Both the position numbers and the translations under genes were made by a program. The notes beneath the pieces were generated by a model. The model did no database searches and had not been told where the DNA came from. It worked only from the letters and a program-made list of their open reading frames with translations. This document shows positions 35,139-49,120 of a stretch of DNA of 64,000 bases, in pieces (positions within the stretch are counted from its first letter, which is position 1; each line of letters begins with the position of its first letter). This DNA is from Azolla caroliniana (taxonomy: Eukaryota > Plantae > Polypodiophyta), in assembly GCA_043228905.1 (NCBI GenBank), contig JBHGNT010000012.1:17174001-17238000 (forward strand), written 5' to 3'.

Positions 35139-37783
35139 ATCATCATCATCATCTTCCAGACTTTTTTATGAATAGATAAGAGAATCCACTCTTCTACAAT
35201 TTGTCATTTGTTTGAATCACAGACTATCATTCTTATGGGTAGTCAATAGTATGCAATGGTTAATGGATTCTTAGATTTCCACTATTTAAGACCCTCATCA
35301 TGTGCAAAAAGACTGATTCAAACAAAATTTGAAAACCTTGAAAGATCAGAAGAATACTTACTCTCTACGGCTTGTGTCTCCCCAATCGTACCAAGCATCG
35401 GGAATGATGATGTCCTCGAAGTAGCAGTATGCGAACACAATGCGTGCGTACTGTCCCCATGCTCGCCCCAGATATAGCAAGCCTGTCCCAGTTACACGAC
35501 ACTGCACGAAAGAGAAACCTGTGTTTTCTTCTATTCCATTCCTCTGCGATGCGGCGATTGCCCCATAACTCACCGCATTTGCATGTAACTCACAATTCTG
35601 CATTCACCATGAGCCTTATCAATTTGATCGACAAATTTACTGCTTGATCAAGAAGTAAAAGCCTAAAATTTTCAAATACACGTTACCAGATACAGGGACC
35701 GTCCGTCACCAAAGATGAAGTCGATTGCGCCTTCAATGTAGCAACGAAGAAAGAAATGCCTGCCCATGTGATCAAACAATGTGTCTTGGGCACCCAAAAT
35801 GCGGCAATCCACGAATGCCGCCTTATCGCCCGAGATGCGTAATGCCACTGCTTGCATTCCTTGCGCGCCAGGAAGAGGTTTAGGTGCAGTGTTCTGGGAG
35901 AGTAATGCATGTGCTTTAATAGACATAATTAGTTGTTAATGATTGTGACTAATCAATGTGTTGTGTGATTTCCTTACGTATAAATGATTCTTCATTAAAT
36001 TCATGAATCATGATAATATATAACCTAGGTCCATGTGGACCTCCTTAATTCTGCATTGGTAAGAGGTAATCACTTGGGCCTTGGTGTTTTGGTTGCGCTG
36101 AACAGTCTTTCGCAGTTCAATCTTTCAATTACTATGCAAACTCGTTATAATCATGTGTTAATCAATTGCAATTTATGGTCAAACTAGGACCACATCAAAT
36201 GCACATTCAAGGTCATGTGTTAACCTAGATATAAGTTTGTGCAAACCGGAACATGTGGGTTCATACATTCTTTGGACATGCACAGAAATGCTGCAAGAGT
36301 GTAATACAATTACATGTAATGATTCTCTATCACAGTCGACAATCAAGGACATACATATTGGGGTGTGAGTAATTTATACATGATTCACTAACTTCAACAC
36401 AATGAAGCTAGAAATTATATATTTTCAATTGATAATTATTTGATCACCTGGAATGTGATGTCTCTTGCCACAAAGTAGTCGGAATCAATGGCGACCGATG
36501 CCGAATCGAATGTTCCAAGAATGCCACCTGATTGCCCTCTATCACTTGCCCTTGCATTCCACATGATCACAGTTTTTGCACTACCCGAGCCTTGAAATGT
36601 AACAAAAGGCTTCCTCGCGGGCACATGAACCTTCTCCCTACACAATCCAATGAAACTCGTATCGGCTAAGGCGTGGCTCTAGAATTAACCCTATTTAAGT
36701 TTAAAGTTTGATGCTTAGGAAGTGTGACAAATTCTATGACAAAAGGGAGGGAGATAAGGGTTTCCAATTTCAATGGGACAAAAGAATGAGACATACCCTC
36801 CCAAGATTAACATTGCAATTTGCACGTGAAATGAAAGAAGATTAGAAGAAAAACATATGATGATTGATCCTAGAGACTCCTGATAAGAGAGACAATATTT
36901 AGAATGCAAGGGACATTATAACTAGAAAAAACAACCTATAAACTCCAGGTCTTATGATGATCTGGATGCGCCATTTGTTGTCGAGCTTCACCATGTCAAT
37001 CGCGCCTTGGACGGTTCGAGAGTTGCCCTGTCCGCTCTGGTCGACTATGAGGACACGTGTCGGGCGATAGTGCACGGGGTGCAAGCGTGCATGCGTCACA
37101 CGGAATAGCGCCTCGTACATCCTCTCCACAAAGCTCTTCTTATTATAAGTATTTGGTGGGTCATTAGGGTCATTCACCCTCTCCACAAAGCTCTTCTTCT
37201 TATAAGTATTTGGTGGGTCATTAGGGTCATGCACCTTCTCCACAAAGCTCTTCTTCTTAGAAGGATTCTGTGGGTCATTAGGGTCCATACTTAGTGACAA
37301 TGGTGTCATCGTAGGAGGTTGATCCGAGACCAATCGCCGCCTCATGTGGTGATTGGCGCGACCCTCGGGCTGCGGCTTGTCAATAATGGTACCTCCATCA
37401 TCTCCCATGTCAGGGTCTCCAGTACATTCGGTATCAAGGCATCCCGCAAATGATGCCGTGCCGACATGATCAATTAGGCCACCATTAAAAGTAGGTTCAA
37501 TGCCATCATACATAATGCCCGTGGCGCGATCCCTATCCTCGTGTGGGGCATATCGATCATGACAATGGTTTCTGATGTTATCATAGTCCATAGGATACAT
37601 ACCACCGCCTCCCATCTGTGTGATAGGATCGATCCGAAGGCCGCCACTACCGGAGGAAGAAGTGGCTCCATGATCACCATGTACAACTACTGCTAGTACT
37701 GATGTTGACATCATGAGGATTAATGATGAGGATTTGTACATAGTGATAAGGATTAAGAGGTGGAGCACCATAACTGTGCCCAT
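34875..37783 (-). CDS. Pectin methylesterase without PMEI domain (QRT1/PME53/PME68-like) with long N-terminal extension, ~544 aa, 5 exons
   Basis: Exons 37783-36936, 36637-36448, 35893-35687, 35597-35362 and 35028-34875 splice in frame. Motifs [51 protein letters not shown]. Signal-peptide-like N-terminus. Confidence 0.94.
37121..37285 (-). repeat. Coding 57-bp tandem repeat x3 ([19 protein letters not shown])
   Basis: Units start at 37121, 37178 and 37235. Confidence 0.93.
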
Positions 37784-38011
37784 AATTGAATGTAAGATTA
37801 ATTTAGCTTAATTTTAACCTTCACAATGATTAGTGGTTTTATATATGGAAGTAAAAGGACACATTATATGATTGACACTACCAAAACTTAGAAGGCTCTC
37901 TACATCATAACTTTGCTATGCTTCAAAGCTAATCTATTTCATTTGGTGTTCATGCAAAGCAAACATTATATTTTACATCTACCTCATGATGACAGTATCT
38001 ATTACAATTAG

Positions 38012-38444
38012 TAACAATTGGCAACAATTTGGTTCACATTGGTTCAGTTCGGTTCGAGAGTGTCGTTTAAAATTGAACCATTTAATAAATTTGAAACTTA
38101 AACCGAAACTATTTAAACCAAAACCCTTTAAACTGAACGATTACAAAAAATTCAAGCTCAAACCAAATTATTTTAGAGACTTTCAAACCTTTAAACCGTT
38201 AGATTTCGCGGTTTGGTTTTGGTTTTTAGGATATATCAAAATTCAAATTTTCACATTTTAAATTATTATTATTTAAAAAAAAATATTTCAAATATTTTTA
38301 AAATTGTTTGAACTGTTTAAACCCCCAAACTGAACCGAACCGAATCCGACCCGTCTACAAAAACCCCTAAATAGAACCGTTTAAACCGTTAAGTCACGTT
38401 TTTGCAGTTCGATTCGGTTCAAACCGAACCATTGTCGATTGCTA
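38012..38444. mobile_element. hAT-like MITE in the PME upstream region
   Basis: Imperfect TIRs (TAACAATTGGCAA / rc TAGCAATCGACAA), many AACCG/CGGTT subterminal motifs, imperfect 8-bp TSD ACAATTAG / GCAATTAT. Confidence 0.6.
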
Positions 38445-40149
38445 GCAATTATGACCGTTTTTCATTTTGTTTCGTTCGTTCGTTCATTACCAGTTAGTTA
38501 TATGCACTAGAACGCCAGATCTCACTCATGTGTCACTACTTATAAATGGTACAAGGACCATTCGTTTGTTTGTTATATTCTCACAACTTATATATAAGTG
38601 TTGACGGCTTGCTTGTTTGTTACTACTACAACTAATATATATGCTAGAATTAGAATCATTGGTTTGTTCACAACGACAATTTGCACGTTTTACATTGTGT
38701 TTTATACCTTACACAACATGATTACTACGTACCAATACTGAAACTCGCGATTGAATGATTTGGTAGGGCATAAACTTTGGAAACTTTGGATGTTGACTAA
38801 AAACCACATCAAATGTTGAGTAATCATGGCATTTGGATCAATTGGTAAACTATGTTCTTTGTTATAAAATTCACAATTTGATGTAGTAGTTCACATTGAT
38901 ACTTTATTGGCCCTTACTTTGAGTTCCCACTTATAAATCAATATTGAACCCAATTGAACTAGTACATGGATTTTAATCTTGACCAAGTCGACAATAGGCC
39001 TAATATTATGAGGTTGTTAATGATCGCATGAGAAACTTGCTAGTTTGAAATGAGTCTAGCATAGGTTGGATCTCATTAAAGAATCCTAACACAATATAAA
39101 TCCTCGTATGCCTTTCACATTAATCTAATTGACAACTCGAAACGTCATTCCATGTCCCGTTTTATTTTGAAATACAATTATAAATCCAAACTACAATTTG
39201 AAAATTTACGAGAAAGTAACAAGTTTGTAATGATCTTAGGATACTTGTAACTCTTTTTAGTAGCTTTTATAAAACTCTTAAATTATGCATACACGTAACT
39301 TCTAAGGAATATATATCTTTCTATTACTACATCCCATTATGTATTCTATGGTGTTTTTTTGACACCATGACACTTTGGCTCGAAAATCCTGAGATACAAT
39401 TTAGAGGGTAGTGATAGTGATGATGGAGAATCTAGCACCGTGATGGTCATGATGAGAATCCTATTTATATCAATGTGATGACCTCTACATTGCCTTATTC
39501 AATTATTTCGTGGTTTAGTTGTCTTCTCATGTCCTCCCTTTTTTGCTTGTTACCAAAAGGAGATTGCTTTTCCCAAGCATTGTAGTAATACCACATATTG
39601 CATGTGGCAAACATCAACAATGAAGTGAAAAAGATAAAAAAGGAAATAGAGGAGATATGCACACAAGCCCATATAATCATGTAATATCATCCCATTACAA
39701 CACATAAACTACAACTTATCCACTTTTACACTAATTAAGATATATAAGGGTTTGTTAAAGCTTAAATTTGTAATATTATTGTTTCAAGCAACCCCTATAG
39801 GCACCTAATACTCTCTTGGAATGTGTTAATTTATGACCATACTCCAATGGAGAAGATAATTGATAATGTATATTTTCCTAGAGATTTCTCTAACCATATC
39901 TAGTTTATTTGAATGTTGAAAGAGTAAATGGTAGAGAGTATTTTTTGTGGATGAAGCATTGGTATTAGTAGGTTGTTAGTAATCTAAGGGAGAATCACTA
40001 TTTAAATTCCTAAAAGAGTACACATCTTCTTGCTAATTGCTACAATTTCTTGTCTCGCTAATTTGCATTGCTTTATAGTAAGTAAGATATTTGATCTTAT
40101 GTTGACATATGGAACATATTTGAGGTATGGAGAAAGACTTTAATATCAC

Positions 40150-41765
40150 CTCATGAATTCAATTATGACTTATGGTAGTAAAGCAAAAAATGTCTAGAGA
40201 CAGTGTTTCAGTTTATAAGCGGATAGAGGTTAATTTAGAGAAAGAGAAGTTGTATACAGTTGCATGTTACATTCCTCACAAAGACTCAAACTACTATGGT
40301 AGGTTTGGGTTGCATTGTGACGATCCTTCTACAGAATTATGCCATGATATACTTTCATTTGAGAAGCTTGGTAAAGTGTTAATTATGGGAGACTTTAATG
40401 CAAGAGTTCGAAATTTCCAAAATGTGGAGACATTTGAAGGAAATGTAGTAGAACATTGTCTATTGTGTGACTCAAAGGATTATGTCATGTTAGGTTATGG
40501 AAAACTTTTGATACATATGCTAAATTGCACAAACTTGATTCTCCTAAATGGTATAATGGCATTCCCATTGACAAATGTGCTCACATGTTTACCATCCTCG
40601 GGTGGAGGAAGTGTGGTTGCTTACGCATTAATGCCGACTTGTGATCTATCCTTGGTGAATGTGTTTAAGGTTGGCTCTTTATCTCCGGACTCAGACCATA
40701 AGCCATTGTATTTAGAGCTTGCAATTCAACATTTCATCAATTGATGCCATGGAGTGAAAGACGGAAAGAGATGTATCATCCAACCTTGCTATGAAAAGGC
40801 TAAGGTGTATGCAAATCAAGTGGAGAACCAAATTTTGTTAAATATTTCTCTAAGCAATGATGTTAATGAAAATTGGTAACATTTGAAAGGATTGTTGCAT
40901 GACACCTACATAAGAGGGTAGTGAGGAGAAAGAAAAGAAGATATTTCCAAATGCAAGAGATGAAAAAGAAAAACTTGTTTAAGCTCAAACCAAAACTAGT
41001 GTGGGGACAACTCAAGGGTAAGAAAGATGATGTGAAACGTCAATTTACATATGAAGATATGCTAGACTATGTACAAAGGCTATATATGCATGAAGGTGTG
41101 GCTCCTATGGTTGAGAAAATTGAAACACCATATACTAAATGTATCGATATTGATGATGTCAATAAGGGAATAAAGAAGATGGTGAGTGGGAAAGCAGTAG
41201 ATGTAACCCACGTCTCAAGTGAGCTTTTAAAATGGACAAGGCCACATATTCGTCATTGGATACTGACAATTATAGAGCAAGCTATAAAGCAAGGTTCCCA
41301 AATGAGTGGCTTATGAATTGGATTAAACCAATATTTAAATTTGGTGATAAGAATCAAGTATCAAATTATCGTACAATAACGGTGAGCTCAACTATTGCTA
41401 AATTATATAGCACTATTATGGAGCAAAAGATAAGCACATGGGCGAAAAGTACAAGCAAAAGAGCACTTGGGCAGGTAGGATTTAGACCAAAACACTCCAT
41501 TGTGGATCATTTGGTCACATTGAGAGTAATCATGGAAGAGAGTCAACTACAAGGAAAAACACTTTATTGTTGTTTTGTTGATTTCAAGAAAGCTTTTGAT
41601 ACCATACCACAAGGTGAGCTTTGGAATAGAATGGTAGAGATTGACATGCCATTAGAGTACCGAGTTGTTGTTGCACGCCTATATGAACAAGTTAAATGTC
41701 AACCAAAAATGGATAGTGGATTCTCAAAGTACATTTTAAGTAATATGGGGGTCAAGCAAGGATGT
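40150..41765 (+). mobile_element. RTE/RTEX-like LINE, 5' part (APE endonuclease and RT start), degenerate
   Basis: MGDFNAR, SDHKP, NYRTI, FVDFKKAFD, GVKQGC; interrupted at QGC|PLSP. Confidence 0.9.
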
Positions 41766-43064
41766 TGTCACGACACAGTGACATCAAATACATAGTTGGG
41801 GAGGATTGAACCTACAACCTCACCTTAACAAAATGTCATGCTCAACCATTTTAATATGAGCATGTATTTCTATATGACAATTTAGTATTGTATAGTCTAG
41901 CATATAATACATTCCAGAATTAGAATATTCTAGTTGTTAGTATATTCAAGAAATATTGTGCGGTATATTCTAGAGATAATCAATCTCAAAACTTGTATAA
42001 ATACTTGTAACCTCCTTGGTCCCTTTCAAGGGATTCAACACTAGTCATTGACACATCAATCTAGTCTTCTTGCTTCATTCCATCTTGTCTCCTTCTTCAT
42101 CTTTGTCTTCATGCTCTTGTGTTGTTCCCAACTTCTAAAGTTCCACGCTCGTAGCCCCATCATCTGTGCTTGAATCCCTTCCAACTTGAAGCATCACCCA
42201 TCTTCATCATCTCCCTTCCGTCTAGAGTTACCATCATCACCGTTGTTGCTTCCAGAGTTACTGTCATCAACATCCTTACTTTTAGAGACGTCATCATCAC
42301 TATAGTCATAGTCGTTCCTTCTAGAGAAGCTTCCTCATCATCTTTGTATTCATTGCCTCGTCTTTGACATCGTCACCTCTTGTTGTCTTCATCAATGCTA
42401 CGTCGCCCAACCTTCATCGTCATCAACACTACTTTGCATGGTCTTTCATTATCGTCATTGTTCTGCCCTCTTCATCATCATTTTTTTTCCATAAAAATTA
42501 TGCTCCATTGGTATTAAAATTAAAAAGGCCAGAGGCACTATACAAATAGAATATAATATTTTCCATCTCTACAAGTATATTTCATCAAAGAAAGGACCAA
42601 ATATAAGTGATGGAATTTGGCAAGATAAGGATAATTATAATCTATGAAAACAAATCTCTTGCCAATAACACCTTCTTTCACAATGATTCCTTGATCGCTG
42701 CTATATGTAAGATTTCATGATATCTAAATGATCCAGATGAGCCTACCATATGAAGATACTGGTTCTCTACTCAATCCAGTCCCCTCAGACCCTCATGTAG
42801 ATTTGCTTCTGCCTCTGCCACCATCTTCTCTCATCGTTGTATAAACTGAAAACAGATAAATGTGCTTCAAAAGATTTCCACATCAGCCATCTCTCCATTT
42901 TCCATGCCTCTTCATCATCATTGTCATCATCTATAGGTAACATTTTGCATCACGATTTTGGCGAGGATCAATTTTCGATCGCTCACATTCACAGTTCCGA
43001 CGGGGGTTACTGTCACGGACACACCAAGCGCGGACTAGGACGGAGCACAGATGATGGGGCTACG

Positions 43065-46000
43065 TGTCGAATACAAGTGTATAATGGACGTATTCACACT
43101 ATCCCTTTGTATAGCTCAAGTTTGGGCCATTTGTGTAATTAGCATAAATGGTAGTTGCCCTAAGTCGGTCACTATATAAAGTGACCTAGTAACCTTTTTG
43201 TAGGGTTGGTTGTATTATTGTTTCTATGGAATAGGAAGAGTCTTTTGTGCCTCCTCTCTCTCTCTCTCTCTATCTCTGTGCACGATCTTGGAAACTGTCA
43301 TACGCAGGTACTCAACACCAATCGAATGCTACTTGATCTTCCGCATTGACGGCCTCGTCTACAACATTTGGTATCAGAGCCTGTCTTCCTCAACCCGCTG
43401 TCGGCCGTCGTCACAGCCTGCACAGTATTCGGCCTTTCGCTTCATCCTAGTCTGCAAAGCATTCGGTTTCCTGCGTCATTCGAAGAAACAGAGAAGAAAG
43501 TAGGCAAACACAAGCTTGAATCTCGCTGCGTTAGATCATCACTCGGAGTAAGCCAGTCGGCTGTACTCTACCTCCTTGATCGTAACTGCTTGAGGTGGGC
43601 TTCCTGCACAACGACGACTTCAAGGACAACCCCAGTTCGCGTTTCATTCGATTGGACAATAATCGGAAGGACCAGTCGGTTCCATTGCTCTCACCGTTGC
43701 AGTCAACCGAAACCGAATCGGCTTGAAGTACTGTCGGATCGTTAAATCTAGGTTCAAATCGACTAAGACAGTTGTCGGTAGTCAATCCGAACCTAATCCC
43801 CGATTCTCCGTAATAAACATCACTTGTGTCCAACTTCGGCTAGAACGACACTGAGTGGGCCAAACCGCTGCACTTCACCAAAGTTCGTAGCCGACTTAGG
43901 GCAGAGTCATGACATCAACATCCGGCTCGTCAGAAATGAGTCTACGAAAGTTCGATGGATCGAACTTCAACTTCTGGAAGGAGCAAATGCAGGACTATCT
44001 CATAGTCAAGGGGCAAATCGATCCCATCGAAAATGAAGAACCTCCAGAAGGATACAAACCAATCGAGTGGCAGAAGCTGGACAGAATCGTCCGCGCCACG
44101 ATTCGGATGCACCTATCGGAATCGGTATACTTTACGGTGCAATCGTGTACGACAGCATTCGAACTGTGGAAAACACTGTCGGACACCTACGAAAAGAAGG
44201 TCGCTGCAACGAAGATGTTTCTGATCCGGCGCCTCTACAACTTGCGGATGAAAGAATCAGATTCGGTTCAAGCACATCTCAATGAGTACGAAAGCATAAG
44301 CTCCCAAATCTCATCTCAGGGGACGGCCTTCCCTCATCATGGGAAACTTTCGTCACAACCGTGTGCAACGCGTCAACCACGGCTGTTAAATACTCCGAAG
44401 TCACGAGCGCAATCCTGACCGAAGCAGCTCGGAGAAAGTCTTTCGCCAAAGACTCAACAGACGACGCTTATATAGTACAAGGTTCGACAGACCGATCGAA
44501 CATACGAGGAAGAGATTCCTCATGGCAGCCGAACAATCAGCGAAGACGGAGCCAGTCACGGGATAATCGAATCTGCAACTATTGCAAGAAACCCGGACAC
44601 ATCAAAGCCGACTGCCGCGCACTCAAGAACAAGAATGACAAGTCTCAAAAATCAGACAAGAAGAGTGGCCGGCATGAGGAGATCAATTACGTCAGCTTCT
44701 CAGCTGATGTGCTACCAAACGACCCGAATATACTATCAATCGAAAATCCAGTCGGATCAGAAGTTCTGCTCACGACTGAAGAATCGAGCACATGGCTCTT
44801 AGATTCGGGCGCGTCATTTCACGTGACTCCTCATCGATCCCAATTTCGGCAATATACGATCCGTCACTCCGACTCAGTTCGAGTCGGCAACTCGCAACAC
44901 TGTGACATCATTGGAATCGGCACAGTAGAGCTCAACCTTGCAGGTGGCTCTACACTTGTACTTCACAATGTCCAACATGTACCCGAGCTCTCAAGGCCAT
45001 TGATCTCAGTCGGACAACTAGATGAAGACGGCATTCGTGCCGGTTTTTCTTCGGGAGGGTGGACACTCCACAAGGGGAACCTCCTGCTTGCTAGAGGACC
45101 CAAGATACACTCACTGTATCCGTTACATGTTACGCTCAGAGAGGGTAACCGGTTTTTGGTGGATATTCCTGTGTCATCACTATGGCACAGAAGATTAGGA
45201 CACCTCAGCAAGGCCGGCATCACGCACCTATCTAGAGCCGGATACATCCCTAAACTCTCCTTCTCGGACCATCAATTCTGCGAACATTGCCAGTATGGCA
45301 AACAAGCAGCCGCATCACACCCGACATCAGCACCAAGAGAAACGAGACCTCTCGATTTAGTCCACTCGGACGTCTGTGGCCCAATGCCGCATCAGTCTCT
45401 CGGCGGTGCCTCTTACTTCGTCAGTTTTATTGACGATTCGACTCGAAAGGTGTGGGCTTATCCAATTCGCACCAAAGATCGTGTCTTCTCGATCTTCTCC
45501 GATTGGCTCGCTATGGTAGAAAATCAAACTGACCGAAAACTGAAATGCTTTCGGACCGACAATGGGGGAGAGTTCAAATCAGACGAATTCGTCAAATTCT
45601 GCCGACAACGCGGCATCCGACGTGAATTTACGGCACCACACAGTCCGGAGCAAAACGGGATTGCAGAACGCATGAATCGGACAATCCAAGAACGGATAGT
45701 TTCCATGCTCCAACACTCCGGACTGTCGGATGGCTTCTGGGCAGAGGCTCTACTCACGGCAGTACACATAATCAATATGTCGCCAAGCAGGCCTCTAGGA
45801 CTTCAAATCCCTCAGGAACTATGGATCGGCAGTAAGCCGAATTACGACAAGCTGAGGATCTTCGGATGCGAGGCGTACGCCCTTATTCCGAAAGATGATC
45901 GCCGAAAACTTGCACCTCGGTCCAGGAAATGCATTTTCCTTGGATATGGATCAGACGGCGAAATGGGATACCGACTCTGGGACCCCGAACGCAGACAAAT

Positions 46001-48398
46001 CGTTCGAAGTTCGGACGTTGTGTTCAACGAGTCGGCTATGAATCCAACAGTCGAAACACCGATCGAAGTCCGAAGGGTAACATTTTCCGATGTGCCGACC
46101 CTTCAAGAAGGCCCCGCTCTTAACACACGGTCAGCTTCACGGGTAGCTGAACCTTACATTACCGACTCGGACAACTCTGACTCGGCACAGCAGAATAATT
46201 CGCTCTCGGACCATCCGACCTCGATACCCGATACGACCAGTCCAATCATACCTCGACGATCCGAGAGACTGTCGCAACCTCCGGAAAGGTATTCTCCTGG
46301 AATTTTCTTCACCGACGCCGGCGAACCGACGTCTTACGAAGAAGCATCGACATCTGTCGATTCAGCCACCTGGCATCTGGCGATGGAGTCAGAAATGCAC
46401 TCCATTCGGGCAAACAAGACTTGGGATCTGGTCGAATTACCTAAGAATCGACGTGCTCTTCCTTGCAAGTGGGTTTATCGACTAAAAGAGACGTCTGATT
46501 CGACCACCCCAAAGTACAAGGCCAGATTAGTTGCGAAGGGCTTCCGACAAGAATATGGCGTCGACTTCGACGAGATTTTTTCACCAGTGGTGAAAATGAC
46601 AACCCTTCGTTTTCTACTCGGCGTAGTGGCAGCCGACAACTTGGAGCTGATTCAGCTAGATGTCAAAACAGCCTTCCTCCATGGTGATCTTGAAGAGGAA
46701 ATTTATATGGAGCAGCCAAAAGGCTTCGTGGCAACTGGCCAAGAACATCTAGTCTGCCGACTCAGGAAGAGTCTATACGGCCTCAAACAGGCACCGCGAC
46801 AATGGTACAAGAAGTTCGACGACTTCATCCAATCGATCGGCTTCTCAAAAAGCGATGAGGACCATTGTCTTTTTACCCACACAGCTCAAGATGGATCACC
46901 CATCTTCCTCATCATTTACGTGGACGACATGCTAATTTCCGGACGCCACGCGGGCGAACTTGCCGATCTCATTCGGCAATTGCGGTTGAAGTTTGCCATG
47001 AAGGACCTCGGTCCGGCACGACACATACTCGGCATGAAGATTAGTCGGCATCGCGATAAACGACATCTTTTTTTGTCTCAGACCGACTATATCGGACGTG
47101 TCTTGGAACGCTTCAACATGCAATCAGCCAAATCTGCTTCAACCCCGCTCCCCATGAATCTTCGGCTCTCTCAGCGAGACTGCCCGACATCCGGTCCGGA
47201 GGGGGAAGATATGAAGTCGGTACCGTATGCACCGGCAGTCGGCTCCCTTATGTACCTGATGGTCGCGACACGACCTGATATTTCTCATGCCGTAGGAGTC
47301 GTTAGCAGATTTATGCACAATCCTGGCCGATCGCATTGGAACGCAGTCAAGCATGTGTTCAAATATCTGGCTGGCACAAAAGACCACGGCATTCTTTTCG
47401 GTCCGAACTCAACCTCAGGCGTAGTCGGTTACACCGACTCGGACTTCGCCGGTTGTATAGACAGTCGGAAATCAACAACTGGATACTGCTTCAAATTCGG
47501 CAATGGAGCAATTTCGTGGAAGTCGAAACTTCAGGAGTGCACAGCGACCTCAACGACCGAAGCAGAATATGTAGCTGCGTCCGACGCTGCAAAAGAAGCT
47601 TTGTGGCTTGGCCGGCTGGCGCACACGTTTCGACAAGTCGACCATGACTCGGCCCCAGTTGTCTATAGCGACAGTCAAGGTGTTGTTGCCTTGTCGAAAA
47701 ATCCGGTTCACCACAACGCCTCCAAACATATCGACGTTCGATATCACTTTGTTCGGGACTGCGTCATTTCAGGGAAAATCGGTCTAGAGAAAATATCCAC
47801 AACCGACAATGTCGCAGATGGAATGACCAAGTGTCTTTCGGCAGACCGCTTTCGGTCCCTTCGGCATCAGATGGGCGTAACGACAAACCAGTCCGGTTAG
47901 AGCCGAACACAGCGCAGGATGGTTTCGGACAACCGACATCAGTTCCTTAATGATCGGCTTCAACTCTTCCGACCCGACCAGTTCGGTCTTCTGCCTTCGG
48001 ACCCTGCCGACTCGAACAAAAACTGATATGTCCGAGAACCTAGGTTTATACCTGTAATCTTAGATAACCCATGTATACGCCCATTACGGGGGAGTGTCGA
48101 ATACAAGTGTATAATGGACGTATTCACACTATCCCTTTGTATAGCTCAAGTTTGGGCCATTTGTGTAATTAGCATAAATGGTAGTTGCCCTAAGTCGGTC
48201 ACTATATAAAGTGACCTAGTAACCTTTTTGTAGGGTTGGTTGTATTATTGTTTCTATGGAATAGGAAGAGTCTTTTGTGCCTCCTCTCTCTCTCTCTCTC
48301 TCTATCTCTGTGCACGATCTTGGAAACTGTCATACGCAGGTACTCAACACCAATCGAATGCTACTTGATCTTCCGCATTGACGGCCTCGTCTACAACA
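43065..48398 (+). mobile_element. Young full-length Ty1/Copia (Tnt1/Tork-like), TSD CTACG
   Basis: LTRs 43065-43366 and 48095-48398 are identical except for one TC unit. PBS TGGTATCAGAGC at 43369; PPT GGGGGAG before 48095; CTACG on both flanks. Confidence 0.97.
43909..47900 (+). CDS. Copia gag-pol; gag frameshifted at ~44325, remainder a 1179-codon open frame
   Basis: Gag KFDGSNFNFWK; CNYCKKPGHIKADC; WLLDSGASFH; integrase HSDVCGP..RTDNGGEF; RT YVDDM; RNase H ADGMTK. Confidence 0.9.
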
Positions 48399-48761
48399 CT
48401 ACGAGCGACGGATGAGCTTGGAGCTAGATGTGATGAGGTTAGGAATTTTAGATGTTGTGAGCAACATGAGAAGGGGAAGAAGAAGATGCCGGAATACGAT
48501 ACCGGTAGTGAAGGGTCGGATCGTAACGAATCTGAGCCTGGAAAGGGAGAAGGTGGATCTTCAGAAATGAAGCCCGAACCGGCCAAGAAGGGCCTTAAAC
48601 TGGGTAATGACAAGTTACGCCGGTCAACCCGCCAGAAGAACCCTGTCAAGAGGTACGGGTATAATGAGTACATGGTGCATCATTATGTGTACATGACTAC
48701 GATGGCGGAAATGCGTGAGCCAGAGAGCTACGCAGAAGCAGCAAAAGGCGCAAATTGGCGT

Positions 48762-49120
48762 TGTCGTGAAGATTCCGGGCCATAAGTAGAAACAAGGTGA
48801 AACACGCGGGAGCACTGGAGTGCATGAGTGCACACCCCTAGAGAATTGAATAGTGTAAGTACGAGGCATAGGTAGAGGGGGGTGTACTAGTTAGTTAAGG
48901 CATTAATAGGGATTCAAACATCGCGTAAGTAGGGAGAGTTACGAGGAGTGCGAATCAGGGGGGGAGAATCTAGGAAAAGAAAGCAACAAGTCATGAATGC
49001 CTTGTAACAGTCGCTCCTTGTGCTATAAAAGGGGCGACCTTTGACTGTTTGGCAAATGTCATTTTGGGCGGGAAAGTAATTGAGAGAGGAGAAAGGGAAC
49101 AGAGAGAAGACGAGATGACA
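48762..49120. mobile_element. Solo-LTR-like segment without TSD, replacing the Copia RT domain
   Basis: TGTCGT..ATGACA ends, internal CTATAAAAG; flanks GGCGT and CAGTA differ. Confidence 0.6.

Noticed and set aside
42500-42520. Degenerate PBS-like CATTGGTATTAAAA inside the TIR element
   Set aside because: Several mismatches to TGGTATCAGAGC, with no gag or matching direct LTR downstream; too weak to call.
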